DNA of 64,000 bases from Octopus vulgaris (lineage: Eukaryota), in assembly GCA_951406725.2 (NCBI GenBank), contig OX597841.1:248001-312000 (forward strand), read 5' to 3'. Positions within the stretch are counted from its first letter, which is position 1. Every line of letters starts with the position of its first letter. The translations under genes and the position numbers were made by a program. Positions 40,701-52,905 of the stretch are shown here, piece after piece. The notes under the pieces are model-generated. The model was not told the DNA's origin. It made no database searches and was given only the letters and a program-made list of their open reading frames with translations.

Positions 40701-43700
40701 TTTATATTTACTGCTGATAAGTTTGGCGCGAATACGTCAGTCTTGAAAATTTTAAGACAGATATTCCGTAGGCATCGATACAGACGCCTCGTGTATATTT
40801 GTCTCTCCCAGGTTTTTTACTGATGAAGTGTAACCTATGGTAGATTGGCTTAATTTAATTTAATTAAGCTAATTTAATCATTAATGACACAGAAACGATG
40901 CATCGTCTAAAAGATGAATTAGGGTAAATGTTTTTAAATTTTCACCTAATTTCTGAATTACTACTACTTGGCGGTGTGAGTTATGGCTGCTCTTTCTGGT
41001 GGACGAATGACCTGTTAGGGTCACTCCTAAATTGTTATATTTATATATTTAGTCGTTGACTATTTTCTCTTTTCCACTAGGCCGCTGGTAGCGATAAATT
41101 TCTATTGAATTTTTTTGCTAACCTAAATTGACTAATTGATAATTTTCTGAATAATTCTGAGATTGAATCGGCAGTTTATATTTACTGCTGATAAGTTTGG
41201 CGCGAATACGTCAGTCTTGAAAATTTTAAGACAGATATTCCGTAGGCATCGATACAGACGCCTCGTGTATATTTGTCTCTCCCAGGTTTTTTACTGATGA
41301 AGTGTAACCTATGGTAGATTGGCTTAATTTAATTTAATTAAGCTAATTTAATCATTAATGACACAGAAACGATGCATCGTCTAAAAGATGAATTAGGGTA
41401 AATGTTTTTAAATTTTCACCTAATTTCTGAATTACTACTACTTGGCGGTGTGAGTTATGGCTGCTCTTTCTGGTGGACGAATGACCTGTTAGGGTCACTC
41501 CTAAATTGTTATATTTATATATTTAGTCGTTGACTATTTTCTCTTTTCCACTAGGCCGCTGGTAGCGATAAATTTCTATTGAATTTTTTTTGCTACCCTA
41601 AATCTACTAATTGATAATTTTCTGAATAATTCTGAGATTGAATCGGCAGTTTATATTTACTGCTGATAAGTTTGGCGCGAATACGTCAGTCATGAAAATT
41701 TTAAGACAGATATTCCGTAGGCATCGATACAGACGCCTCGTGTATATTTGTCTCTCCCAGGTTTTTTACTGATGAAGTGTAACCTATGGTAGATTGGCTT
41801 AATTTAATTTAATTAAGCTAATTTAATCATTAATGACACAGAAACGATGCATCGTCTAAAAGATGAATTAGGGTAAATGTTTTTAAATTTTCACCTAATT
41901 TCTGAATTACTACTACTTGGCGGTGTGAGTTATGGCTGCTCTTTCTGGTGGACGAATGACCTGTTAGGGTCACTCCTAAATTGTTATATTTATATATTTA
42001 GTCGTTGACTATTTTCTCTTTTCCACAAGGCCGCTGGTAGCGATAAATTTCTATTGAATTTTTTTTGCTACCCTAAATTGACTAATTGATAATTTTCTGA
42101 ATAATTCTGAGATTGAATCGGCAGTTTATATTTACTGCTGATAAGTTTGGCGCGAATACGTCAGTCTTGAAAATTTTAAGACAGATATTCCGTAGGCATC
42201 GATACAGACGCCTCGTGTATATTTGTCTCTCCCAGGTTTTTTACTGATGAAGTGTAACCTATGGTAGATTGGCTTAATTTAATTTAATTAAGCTAATTTA
42301 ATCATTAATGACACAGAAACGATGCATCGTCTAAAAGATGAATTAGGGTAAATGTTTTTAAATTTTCACCTAATTTCTGAATTACTACTACTTGGCGGTG
42401 TGAGTTATGGCTGCTCTTTCTGGTGGACGAATGACCTGTTAGGGTCACTCCTAAATTGTTATATTTATATATTTAGTCGTTGACTATTTTCTCTTTTCCA
42501 CAAGGCCGCTGGTAGCGATAAATTTCTATTGAATTTTTTTTGCTACCCTAAATTGACTAATTGATAATTTTCTGAATAATTCTGAGATTGAATCGGCAGT
42601 TTATATTTACTGCTGATAAGTTTGGCGCGAATACGTCAGTCTTGAAAATTTTAAGACAGATATTCCGTAGGCATCGATACAGACGCCTCGTGTATATTTG
42701 TCTCTCCCAGGTTTTTTACTGATGAAGTGTAACCTATGGTAGATTGGCTTAATTTAATTTAATTAAGCTAATTTAATCATTAATGACACAGAAACGATGC
42801 ATCGTCTAAAAGATGAATTAGGGTAAATGTTTTTAAATTTTCACCTAATTTCTGAATTACTACTACTTGGCGGTGTGAGTTATGGCTGCTCTTTCTGGTG
42901 GACGAATGACCTGTTAGGGTCACTCCTAAATTGTTATATTTATATATTTAGTCGTTGACTATTTTCTCTTTTCCACTAGGCCGCTGGTAGCGATAAATTT
43001 CTATTGAATTTTTTTGCTACCCTAAATTGACTAATTGATAATTTTCTGAATAATTCTGAGATTGAATCGGCAGTTTATATTTACTGCTGATAAGTTTGGC
43101 GCGAATACGTCAGTCTTGAAAATTTTAAGACAGATATTCCGTAGGCATCGATACAGACGCCTCGTGTATATTTGTCTCTCCCAGGTTTTTTACTGATGAA
43201 GTGTAACCTATGGTAGATTGGCTTAATTTAATTTAATTAAGCTAATTTAATCATTAATGACACAGAAACGATGCATCGTCTAAAAGATGAATTAGGGTAA
43301 ATGTTTTTAAATTTTCACCTAATTTCTGAATTACTACTACTTGGCGGTGTGAGTTATGGCTGCTCTTTCTGGTGGACGAATGACCTGTTAGGGTCACTCC
43401 TAAATTGTTATATTTATATATTTAGTCGTTGACTATTTTCTCTTTCCACTAGGCCGCTGGTAGCGATAAATTTCTATTGAATTTTTTTTTGCTACCCTAA
43501 ATTGACTAATTGATAATTTTCTGAATAATTCTGAGATTGAATCGGCAGTTTATATTTACTGCTGATAAGTTTGGCGCGAATACGTCAGTCTTGAAAATTT
43601 TAAGACAGATATTCCGTAGGCATCGATACAGACGCCTCGTGTATATTTGTCTCTCCCAGGTTTTTTACTGATGAAGTGTAACCTATGGTAGATTGGCTTA

Positions 43701-44358
43701 ATTTAATTTAATTAAGCTAATTTAATCATTAATGACACAGAAACGATGCATCGTCTAAAAGATGAATTAGGGTAAATGTTTTTAAATTTTCACCTAATTT
43801 CTGAATTACTACTACTTGGCGGTGTGAGTTATGGCTGCTCTTTCTGGTGGACGAATGACCTGTTAGGGTCACTCCTAAATTGTTATATTTATATATTTAG
43901 TCGTTGACTATTTTCTCTTTTCCACTAGGCCGCTGGTAGCGATAAATTTCTATTGAATTTTTTTTGCTAACCTAAATTGACTAATTGATAATTTTCTGAA
44001 TAATTCTGAGATTGAATCGGCAGTTTATATTTACTGCTGATAAGTTTGGCGCGAATACGTCAGTCTTGAAAATTTTAAGACAGATATTCCGTAGGCATCG
44101 ATACAGACGCCTCGTGTATATTTGTCTCTCCCAGGTTTTTTACTGATGAAGTGTAACCTATGGTAGATTGGCTTAATTTAATTTAATTAAGCTAATTTAA
44201 TCATTAATGACACAGAAACGATGCATCGTCTAAAAGATGAATTAGGGTAAATGTTTTTAAATTTTCACCTAATTTCTGAATTACTACTACTTGGCGGTGT
44301 GAGTTATGGCTGCTCTTTCTGGTGGACGAATGACCTGTTAGGGTCACTCCTAAATTGT

Positions 44359-44362
<4 letters not shown>
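37791..44362 (+). repeat. ~475-bp tandem array, right half in inverted orientation (13 full + 1 partial units; hammerhead sense on plus strand)
   Basis: Reverse-complement marker TTTTGCTACCCTAAA (or ...AACCTAAA) recurs 14 times from ~37792 to ~43962. Junction is AAGGCGTCTG|TTTTTGCTAC; the array ends in (TA)n. Confidence 0.97.
37966..38067 (+). ncRNA. Type I hammerhead-ribozyme-like motif (representative of 14 plus-strand copies; last at ~44136-44237)
   Basis: TTTTTTA-CTGATGA-A-GTGT...ACAC-A-GAAA-CGATGCATCG-TC-TAAAAGA. Stem I TTTTA/TAAAA, intact CUGAUGA and GAAA boxes, palindromic stem III, GUC cleavage triplet at 38058-38060. The A.A apposition at the base of stem II is non-canonical. Confidence 0.75.
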
Positions 44363-44393
<31 letters not shown>

Positions 44394-47300
44394 ATAATAT
44401 TTGTGACTTGGAACCAGTGAAAGGATAATTAAACTATAGCATTTAACACCAATTCGAAGCCAAACAGTGTTAAACAATGTGTGTGTGTGTGCCTTTTGTT
44501 TGTAATTAAAAAGTGCACTGATAATTTCTGTGATACATGTAGAAACACGCAGGGAGAAGTTGGTGAAAACTGTTTGTGTTACAATGTTTCGAAGTCGATA
44601 ACCAAGTCACGTGGAATTGTTGATAGAGGCAAGAGTGCTTACGTGATTAATTGACGTTAAATGAAGAGGTATCTTTTGAGATGGCAACTAGGAAGGATTT
44701 AAATCGATTGTGTACGAATGCCGAACTATGAGAAAATCCACATTGACGAATACCTTTCTACAATGTAAGTCTTAGTCTAAGCGGAGAAGGAACACACACG
44801 AGGACGGAAAGTCTTTCCTGTAGATGTCACACGTGTATGACGAAAGATTCATGGATAATGGCCATGCGTTAGAATAAGAACAGTAGCAAACGAGTGAAGA
44901 GCGAAGATATGGTGCGTGTGTTTATTTGGCAAATAAACAAGAACAACGACAGTAATTTTATTCAGCTGAATACACGTTATTGATTGGTTGAAATTACCGA
45001 AATACGACAACTTTAACGTGGAATAACTTCGTAAATATAAGTTTTTCTCCAAAATGCTGAGAGTAAAATATGTTTTATATGACACATTCTATCAGTGTCC
45101 GAAGTTTCAAAGTGTTTAGTTGCGAAAAAATTATTTTCTAAATCTGTATGTCAAAAGGTAAAGATCCTATAACGAGATAATAAATAACGTCCTCGCAAAT
45201 CGTTGTACTCAAGATACACAATACTTGTACTTACACTCGACAATATGCAACTCTCGGCTTTACACAGCTCACCGACTCTCCTTTTCTTTATTTGGCACCC
45301 AGGCCTTAACAGAGAGGGGACATCAAAAGGACAGACAGAACACAACAAATGGGGACAAAAAATATGCAGCGAACGCAAAATGAAAAAATGTATAATGAAA
45401 TCGATCCTGATGAAATGGCTGCATGAGCCCAACTCTGATTCTTTATTTAGGCACTCGGCAACTAACACGGAGGGGACACTACAAGGACAGACACAACACC
45501 ACAGTGGGGACAATAAACATAATAACGAATGAGCATGACTATTATATAATAATGAAAGATGAATGGTTGCATGAGCCCCACTCACAAGCAGTACCATTTA
45601 ACTGTTAATTTAGACAATTTTTTAGTTTTCTTTTATCTTTTTGCATTTTCTTTCCCATTTAAAAAAAAATCTATTTCCTTCATTTTTTCTTTCTTATTTT
45701 TTCTTCTCTTTTTACCTTTTTAAAGGACTCCTCTATTACCATTCATTAGGGGCATTAATTCCTCGTATTTATCTTCTTTTGGTAGTTGCTCAAATTAAAT
45801 TTCTTTCCCCAAAGGTTTCACATAGTTCTTTCAACCTTTTATACCTTTCCTTGTCAATCGCCACACCCTTGATGTGTTCCAGCTAACGTTCAGCTGGCAA
45901 TCCTATTCTTATGGCACCTTTGAATTTCCTTATTTTTCGCTCTATGTCGGTGCCGTTCACATATATTACTACAATCCACTTTTTCTTATTAGTAATTACT
46001 TGGTTACGCTCCGGACATGGGCCGTCCTGGCTATTCGTTTCCCTTCGTTCCTCCCTCTGTACATAACCATAACCGTCCACGATTATATTTTCCAATCTAT
46101 GTAGCGATACTTCTGCTGGGGTATCTGCCAGTTCATTGGTACTTCCTCTATTTTCTCAATTTTGCACCGTTGTCACGACTGGAGCGGCATCACGTGATGT
46201 AGAAACTATGTTAGCATGAATGCCTTTGGCAGGCTGAACCTTTTTTGTGCACGTGCTCGAGAATATCACGATGCCAAATATTCTCCATTTTCAAATATAA
46301 TATTCAGTTCTAGGAAAACCAATTTCCTTTAAGGGGATCGAAAACATCCCATTTTCCACCGGTTCTTCAGTTAAATACCCAATATGATAGAGAAAGATTT
46401 ATCAAAACTAAAAAGGGTATATATTCAATTTTGAAGCACTCCGTCGGTTACGACAACGAGGGTTCCGGTTGATCCGAATCAACGGAACAGCCTGCTCGTG
46501 AAATTAACGTGTAAGTGGCTGAGCACTCCACAGACACGTAGTTCTCGGGGATATTCAGCGTGACACAGAGAGTGACAAGGCCGGCCCTTTGAAATACAGG
46601 TACAACAGAAGCAGGAAGTAAGAGAGAGAAAGTTGTGGTGAAAGAGTACAGCAGGGATCACCACCATCCACTGCCGGAGCCTCGTGGAGCTTTAGGTGTT
46701 TTCGCTCAATAAACACTCACAACGCCCGGTCTGGGAATCGAAACCGCGATCCTATTACCGCGAGTGGCTGCCCTAACCACTGGGCCATTGCGCCTCCACA
46801 TATATCCAATATAGATAGATTAAAAGGATAGAGAGAATTACAATTTTAATATTTTTATCTTAATTTATTAACATTATAATACAATTATACTATAGGCGCA
46901 GGAGTGGCTGTGTGGTAAGTAGCTTACTTACCAACCACATGGTTCCGGGTTCAGTCCCACTGCGTGGCACCTGGGGCAAGTGTCTTCTACTATAGCCTTG
47001 GGCCGACCGAAGCCTTGTGAGTGGATTTGGTAAATGGAAACTAAAAGAAGACCGTCGTATATATATATGTATGTGTGTGTATTTGTGTTTGTCTCCCCAA
47101 CATCGCTTGACAACCGATGCTGGTGTGTTTCCGTCCCCGATACATAGCGGTTCGGCGAAAGAGACCGATAGAATAAGTACTCGGCTTACAAAGAATAAGT
47201 CCCGTGGTCGATTTGCTCGAGTAATGGGCGGTTTTCCATTAGACAAATTATTAACATTAGTTATCTCCCTTGCATCCTGTTGAAGCTCAAGTTTCGAACT

Positions 47301-48247
47301 GTACTGCTTTTTTATGTAAATAATTTTTGCTGTTAACATGGTCCGATTTGAATTTTTTCTTCTACGGAAGGAAGAGCAAGCCTTCTTCTGTCATAATCTC
47401 AATTTTGGTCAACCCCACTGCGTAACTGGTACTTAATTTATCGACCCCGAAAAGATGAAAGGCAAAGTTGACATCAGTGGAATTTGAACTCAGAACGTAT
47501 CGGCAGACAAAATACGGCTACGCTCTTCGGCCGGTGTGCTAACGTTTCTGCAAGCTCGCCGCCTTTACTGGCTTTTATATACTTAACGTTATCCCTTTAA
47601 CTTGCTTACGAATGGCAGCATATTGAAAAATAACTTTAAAGGTTAAATTTATAAACAACTTATAAACAAGGGAAAAGAAAAATTCTAATGCGAAATATGC
47701 CGAAAATAGACACATCATCACTAACCATATAAGTTATTGCTATAAGCACGTGTCTCGAAGTAAGCCGACAGAAATTTCTAAAAAACTGAAACGACTGAAA
47801 CGATGCTTCATAAATTGTGTTGCTTCAGAAGAGAAATACTTCGAAGGAGATGAAATCCTGAATTCCTGTGTGTTGTAGTTTCCTCTTTATAGCAGCAGTC
47901 CCGATACGTTTTGATCAGATCTCGCATTGTGATATATATGTACTCACATAATTTAATTATTCCAAGCTATCCTAACTGTCTGATGAACGGTCACGTGAAA
48001 GCCTGGGTAAGAGTTTTCTGAAGGTTTTTCGGTTTTAACAAAACAATGTATATGTGTGTGTGTGTGTGTGTGTGTGCGTGTGTGTGTATGTCTGTGGGTA
48101 TGTGTGTGAGGACGAACGTGTTTGTGTGTGTATGTGTGTGTGATATGCGTTAATTCCGTTGAATTCCGGTTTGAAAATTTGTAAGGTATTGCGATATATT
48201 CTAAATATTAAACAAAAGGTAGACTTATGACACAAACAATATATCAT

Positions 48248-48297
<50 letters not shown>

Positions 48298-48860
48298 TAT
48301 ATACATATATACATATATATATTTACATCTAATATAGGATAGAAATTTTCGAAAAAAATTCTCTCAATGGCCAGCATATTGAAAAATAACTTTAAAGTTT
48401 AAATTTATAAACAACTTATAAACAAGGGAAAAGAAAAATTCTAATGCGAAATATGCCGAAAATAGACACATCGTCACTAACCATATAAGCTATTACTATA
48501 AGCACGTGTCTCGAAGTAAGACGACAGAAATTTCTAAAAAATTCTGTTAATATCATATCGGTCCCAATTTCAGAGTTAATTCATAACAATTTTTTCCTCG
48601 TCAGCGATAAATACCGTAAGAAATAAATGAAATACTTACTTATACCCATGGAAGAAGCAAACATTAAGTCATGAGCATACTTAAGTACCACAAATATATC
48701 CAAAATAGAAATTCTCCAGCACACCTCGAGACACGTGCGATCGGACTGAAAACTCTCATAGAGTGAGAGAGTCCGGAAGTGAACACGATTTGTCTATTTT
48801 CCGCATATTTGGCATGATAATTATTTCTTTTGCCCTTGTTTATAAGTTGTATATATATAT

Positions 48861-48928
<68 letters not shown>

Positions 48929-49259
48929 CCATACATATATAATATACATAATATATTAAATGTATATATATATATATAAATACGTACAGTTTTATACATA
49001 TATTAGAGACGATCTAACCCATCGTTTTATCACTATGGGTTCAATGGAATGTTAGGTAAGAGTCCGATCTATTATGTAACACTGCACACTTCAGAGGTGG
49101 CAGTTACAGAATGAAATATGGTGATCATTCACGGTGGTTATAAAGTTTCCACTAACTTCCGTTGTTGATAGCAGTGTTTAGAAGTAAAGTGTCTTGAGTG
49201 TGGTTGTCCCAAGAAGAAGAAAGGCTGTCAGCGGTGCAGAATCTATTTGGTTGTGTCTA

Positions 49260-49570
49260 GGAAGTCATTTGAAAAACGTCATTACAGGTGAAGACCTTGT
49301 GCCTGTTGCTATGACACCGGAACCAAGGTCTTCGTAGTGGAAGGCCCAAAAGATTTGAAGATGTCAAGAAAATCCTAGAGAATTCGACGAGGTAGATGCT
49401 CGCTATCCTCAGAAATGAGTTCCAGGGATGTTCCTGACGACTGAAACGATGCTTCATAAATTGTGTTGCTTCAGAAGAGAAATACTTCGAAGGAGATGAA
49501 ATCCCGAATTCCTATGTGTTGTAGTTTCCTCTTTATAGCAGCAGTCCCGATACTTTTTGATCAGATCTCG
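49260..49570 (+). mobile_element. Mariner-like transposase C-terminal remnant (partial duplicate at ~47790-47920)
   Basis: RLKRCFINCVASEEKYFEGDEI resembles the mariner C-terminal W..C....G.YFEG motif. Confidence 0.5.
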
Positions 49571-49692
49571 CATTGTGATATATATGTACTCACAGAATTT
49601 AATTAGTCCGAGCTATCCTAACTGTCTAATGAACGGTCACGTGAAAGCCTGGGTCAGAGTTTTCTGAAGGTTTTTCGGTTTTAACAAAACAA

Positions 49693-49756
<64 letters not shown>

Positions 49757-50798
49757 TCTGTGGGTATATGTGTGAGGATGAGCGTGTTTGTGTGTGTATG
49801 TGTGTGTGATATGCGTGCGAGCGTGTTCCTTTTGGTTTGTTTGTGTGTTGTAGCGTTTGCTTCACAACTATTGTTGGTGTGTCTCCGTCCCCGTAACTTA
49901 GAGACTCGACATTCCGATAGAATGAACTTCATAGAATAAGTCTTCGGTCGATTTGTTCGAGTAAATTCTTCAAAGTGATGCACATAAATTATTTGTTTAT
50001 ATACGTGTAGGGGAGGGAAATCTTCAGGAGTCACCTGCGAGAGAGCCAGTTTATTCTTTTTAACTCTTTCAAGATGCTCTCCGCCATCTTGCTTAGTTGT
50101 ATGTGATTAAAACGCCCATTGTTTGTGGGGCCGAATATAGCCCTGCAAGGGGCCAAACAAACACAGACACCCAGTGACAGGCTTCTGGTGTTTCTATTAA
50201 CAACTTGGAACGAAATGTAAACCGATAAATCAAGAAGGAATGAAAGGAAAGAGAAAAAGACAGAGTATGGGAAGAATAAGAGAGAGAGAGAGAGAGAGAG
50301 AGATAAAGAAAGAGAGGGAATATAGAGGAAGAAGAGCCGAGTTAATGATAGAAACATATAATATTATTTTTATTTATTAGCCACAAGGGGCTAAACACAA
50401 AGGGCACAAACAAGGACAGACAAAGGGATTAAGTCGATTACATGGATCCCAGTGCGTAACTGGTACTTAATTTATCGACCACGAAGGGATGAAAGGCGAA
50501 CGCCGACCTCGGCGGAATTTGAACTTAGAACGTAGCGGCAGACGAAATATCTATTTCCTATTTCTTTATTGCCCACAAGGGGCTAAACACAGAGGGGACA
50601 AACAAAGACAGACATAGGTATTAAGTCGATTACATCGAAACCAGTGCGTAACTGGTACTTTCATTTATCGACCCCGAAAGGATGAAAGGCAAAGTCGACC
50701 TCGGCGGAATTTGAACTCAGAACGTAGCGGCAGACGAAATACCGTGAAGCATTTCGCCCGGCGTGCTAACGTTTCTGCCAGCTCACATATAATAAGTA

Positions 50799-51157
50799 CT
50801 AGCAGTATCGCCCGGCGTTGCTCGGGTTTGTAAGGGAAATAACTATAAGGCATTTTGAGAGAGTTAAAGCCAAAAAATGGAAAAAAAATGATGGTAAATT
50901 TTTTTTTAGTTAAAAAGGTCGAGTTGCGTCCCCATGACAGTCTATGGTTTGTGTTTCTGATTCCCGACCCCATGTTGAATTTATCGATTTTTTTCAGAAC
51001 TGGGGGAACTTTTCAAAATTTTCGCTGCGTTAGTTTTGAATTATGACATTGGGCTATGTGTGTGTCAAGTTTCATCAGAATCGGTTGAAAGCCGTGGTCA
51101 GGGTGAGGGTACAACGTAACAGACACACAGACAAACTGCCGTTTATATATAGAGAGA
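50799..51157 (-). mobile_element. Non-autonomous Helitron-like element
   Basis: Same 3' end as the 7993-8385 copy in reverse (CTAGCAGTATCGCCCGGCGTTGCTCGGG); TC 5' end near 51157. Confidence 0.7.
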
Positions 51158-52249
51158 TTGAGTAAAGTTTAGGAGGAGTGGTAGTGGTGTGAGGTGTTGA
51201 TGACTTGGTTATAGAAGTAGAAAAGGAGGCAAGAATAGAAAGAGTAGAAGGAAAGAGGAATAAAAAGGATAGAAAGAAAAAGAGAGGGAGACAATGAACG
51301 AACACACAGACACAGTGAAAAAGGATGACTGAAAACAGTATAAACATATGCAAATAAAAAGAAATACATGAATATACATCAGAGACACGCACACTTAAAA
51401 AGGTGTACACCCCGTCTTAAACTGCAGTCTGAAACTGGTGAAACCTGTTCGTTTTATATTCCGCCATTCGTAAGCAAGTTAAAGGGATAACGTTAAGTAT
51501 ATTAAAGCCAGTAAAGGCGGCGAGCTGGCAGAAACGTTAGCACGCCGGCCGAAGTGCGTAGCCGTATTTTGTCTGCCGATACGTTCTGAGTTCAAATTCC
51601 ACCGAGGTCGACTTTGCCTTTCATCCTTTCGGGGTCGATAAATTAAGTACCAGTTACGCAGTGGGGTTGACCAAAATTGAGAGTATGACAGAAGAAGGCT
51701 TGCTCTTCCTTCCGTAGAAGAAAAAATTCAAATCGGACCATGTTAACAGCAAAAATTATTTACATAAAAAAGCAGTACAGTTCGAAACTTGAACTTCAAC
51801 AGGATGCAAGGAGATAACTAATGTTAATAATTTGTCTAATGGAAAACCGCCCATTACTCGAGCAAATCGACCACGGGACTTATTCTTTGTAAGCCGAGTA
51901 CTTATTCTATCGGTCTCTTTCGCCGAACCGCTATGTATCGGGGACGGAAACACACCAGCATCGGTTGTCAAGCGATGTTGGGGAGACAAACACAAACACA
52001 CATATATATATATATATACGACGGGCTTCTTTTAGTTTCCATTTACCAAATCCACTCACAAGGCTTAGGTCGGCCCCAGGTGCCACGCAGTGGGACTGAA
52101 CCCGGAACCATGTGGTTGGTAAGTAAGCTACTTACCACACAGCCACTCCTGCGCCTGTAGTATAAGTATATTATAATGTTAATAAATTAAGATTAAAACA
52201 TGAAAATTGTAATTCTCTCTATCCTTTTAATCTATCTATATTGAATATA

Positions 52250-52905
52250 TGTGGAGGCGCAATGGCCCAGTGGTTAGGGCAGCGGACTCGCGGTCATAGG
52301 ATCGCGGTTTCGATTCCCAGACCGGGCGTTGTGAGTGTTTATTGAGCGAAAACACCTAAAGCTCCACGAGGCTCCGGCAGTGGATGGTGGTGATCCCTGC
52401 TGTACTCTTTCACCACAACTTTCTCTCTCTCTTACTACCTGCTTCTGTTGTACCTGTATTTCAAAGGGCCGGCCTTGTCACTCTCTGTGTCACGCTGAAT
52501 ATCCCCGAGAACTACGTTAAGGGTACACGTGTCTGTGGAGTGCTCAGCCACTTACACGTTAATTTCACGAGCAGGCTGTTCCGTTGATTCGGATCAACCG
52601 GAACCCTCGTCGTCGTAACCGACGGAGTGCTTCCATCCGATGCTCCGGCAGGGGATGGTGGTGATCCCTGCTGTACTCTTTCACCACAACTTTCTCTCTC
52701 TCTTACAACCTGCTTCTGTTGTACCTGTATTTCAAAGGGCCGGCCTTGTCACTCTCTGTGTCACGCTAAATATCCCCGAGAACTACGTTAAGGGTACACG
52801 TGTCTGTGGAGTGCTCAGCCACTTACACGTTAATTTCACGAGCAGTCTGTTCCGTTGATTCGGATCAACAGGAACCCTCGTTGTCGTAACCGACGGAGTG
52901 CTTCA
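52250..52905 (+). mobile_element. tRNA-derived SINE with tandem duplication of its 3' part
   Basis: Head GGAGGCGCAATGGCCCAGTGGTTAGG...GTTTCGATTCCC. 52372-52633 is repeated at 52642-52904; the left-arm copy (46435-46800, minus) has one unit. Confidence 0.85.

Larger units (their letters stand above)
26390..47615. repeat. Left arm of large inverted duplication (interrupted by the 30816-44384 insertion)
   Basis: 26.4-30.8 kb matches the reverse complement of 54.96-59.75 kb, and 44.39-47.61 kb matches the reverse complement of 51.46-54.95 kb. Paired ORF-track entries agree (e.g. 45151-45597 vs 53738-54184). Confidence 0.93.

Noticed and set aside
31264-44362. rDNA, 5S, histone or telomeric/centromeric identity for the 475-bp array; or a pure fold-back read artefact
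   Set aside because: No rRNA or histone similarity recognised and only an isolated TTAGGG. The junction is out of register and both flanks are colinear with the empty paralogous site, which argues against a simple chimera (reads are still needed).
44849-46202. ORFs conserved between 44.8-46.2 kb and 53.1-54.5 kb
   Set aside because: Conservation is explained by the recent inverted duplication; overlapping frames on both strands and no recognisable motifs or splice model.
52251-52330. tRNA gene-like sequence (also ~46725-46800 and ~58205-58283)
   Set aside because: Imperfect acceptor stem and continuous with a SINE body; these are SINE heads.
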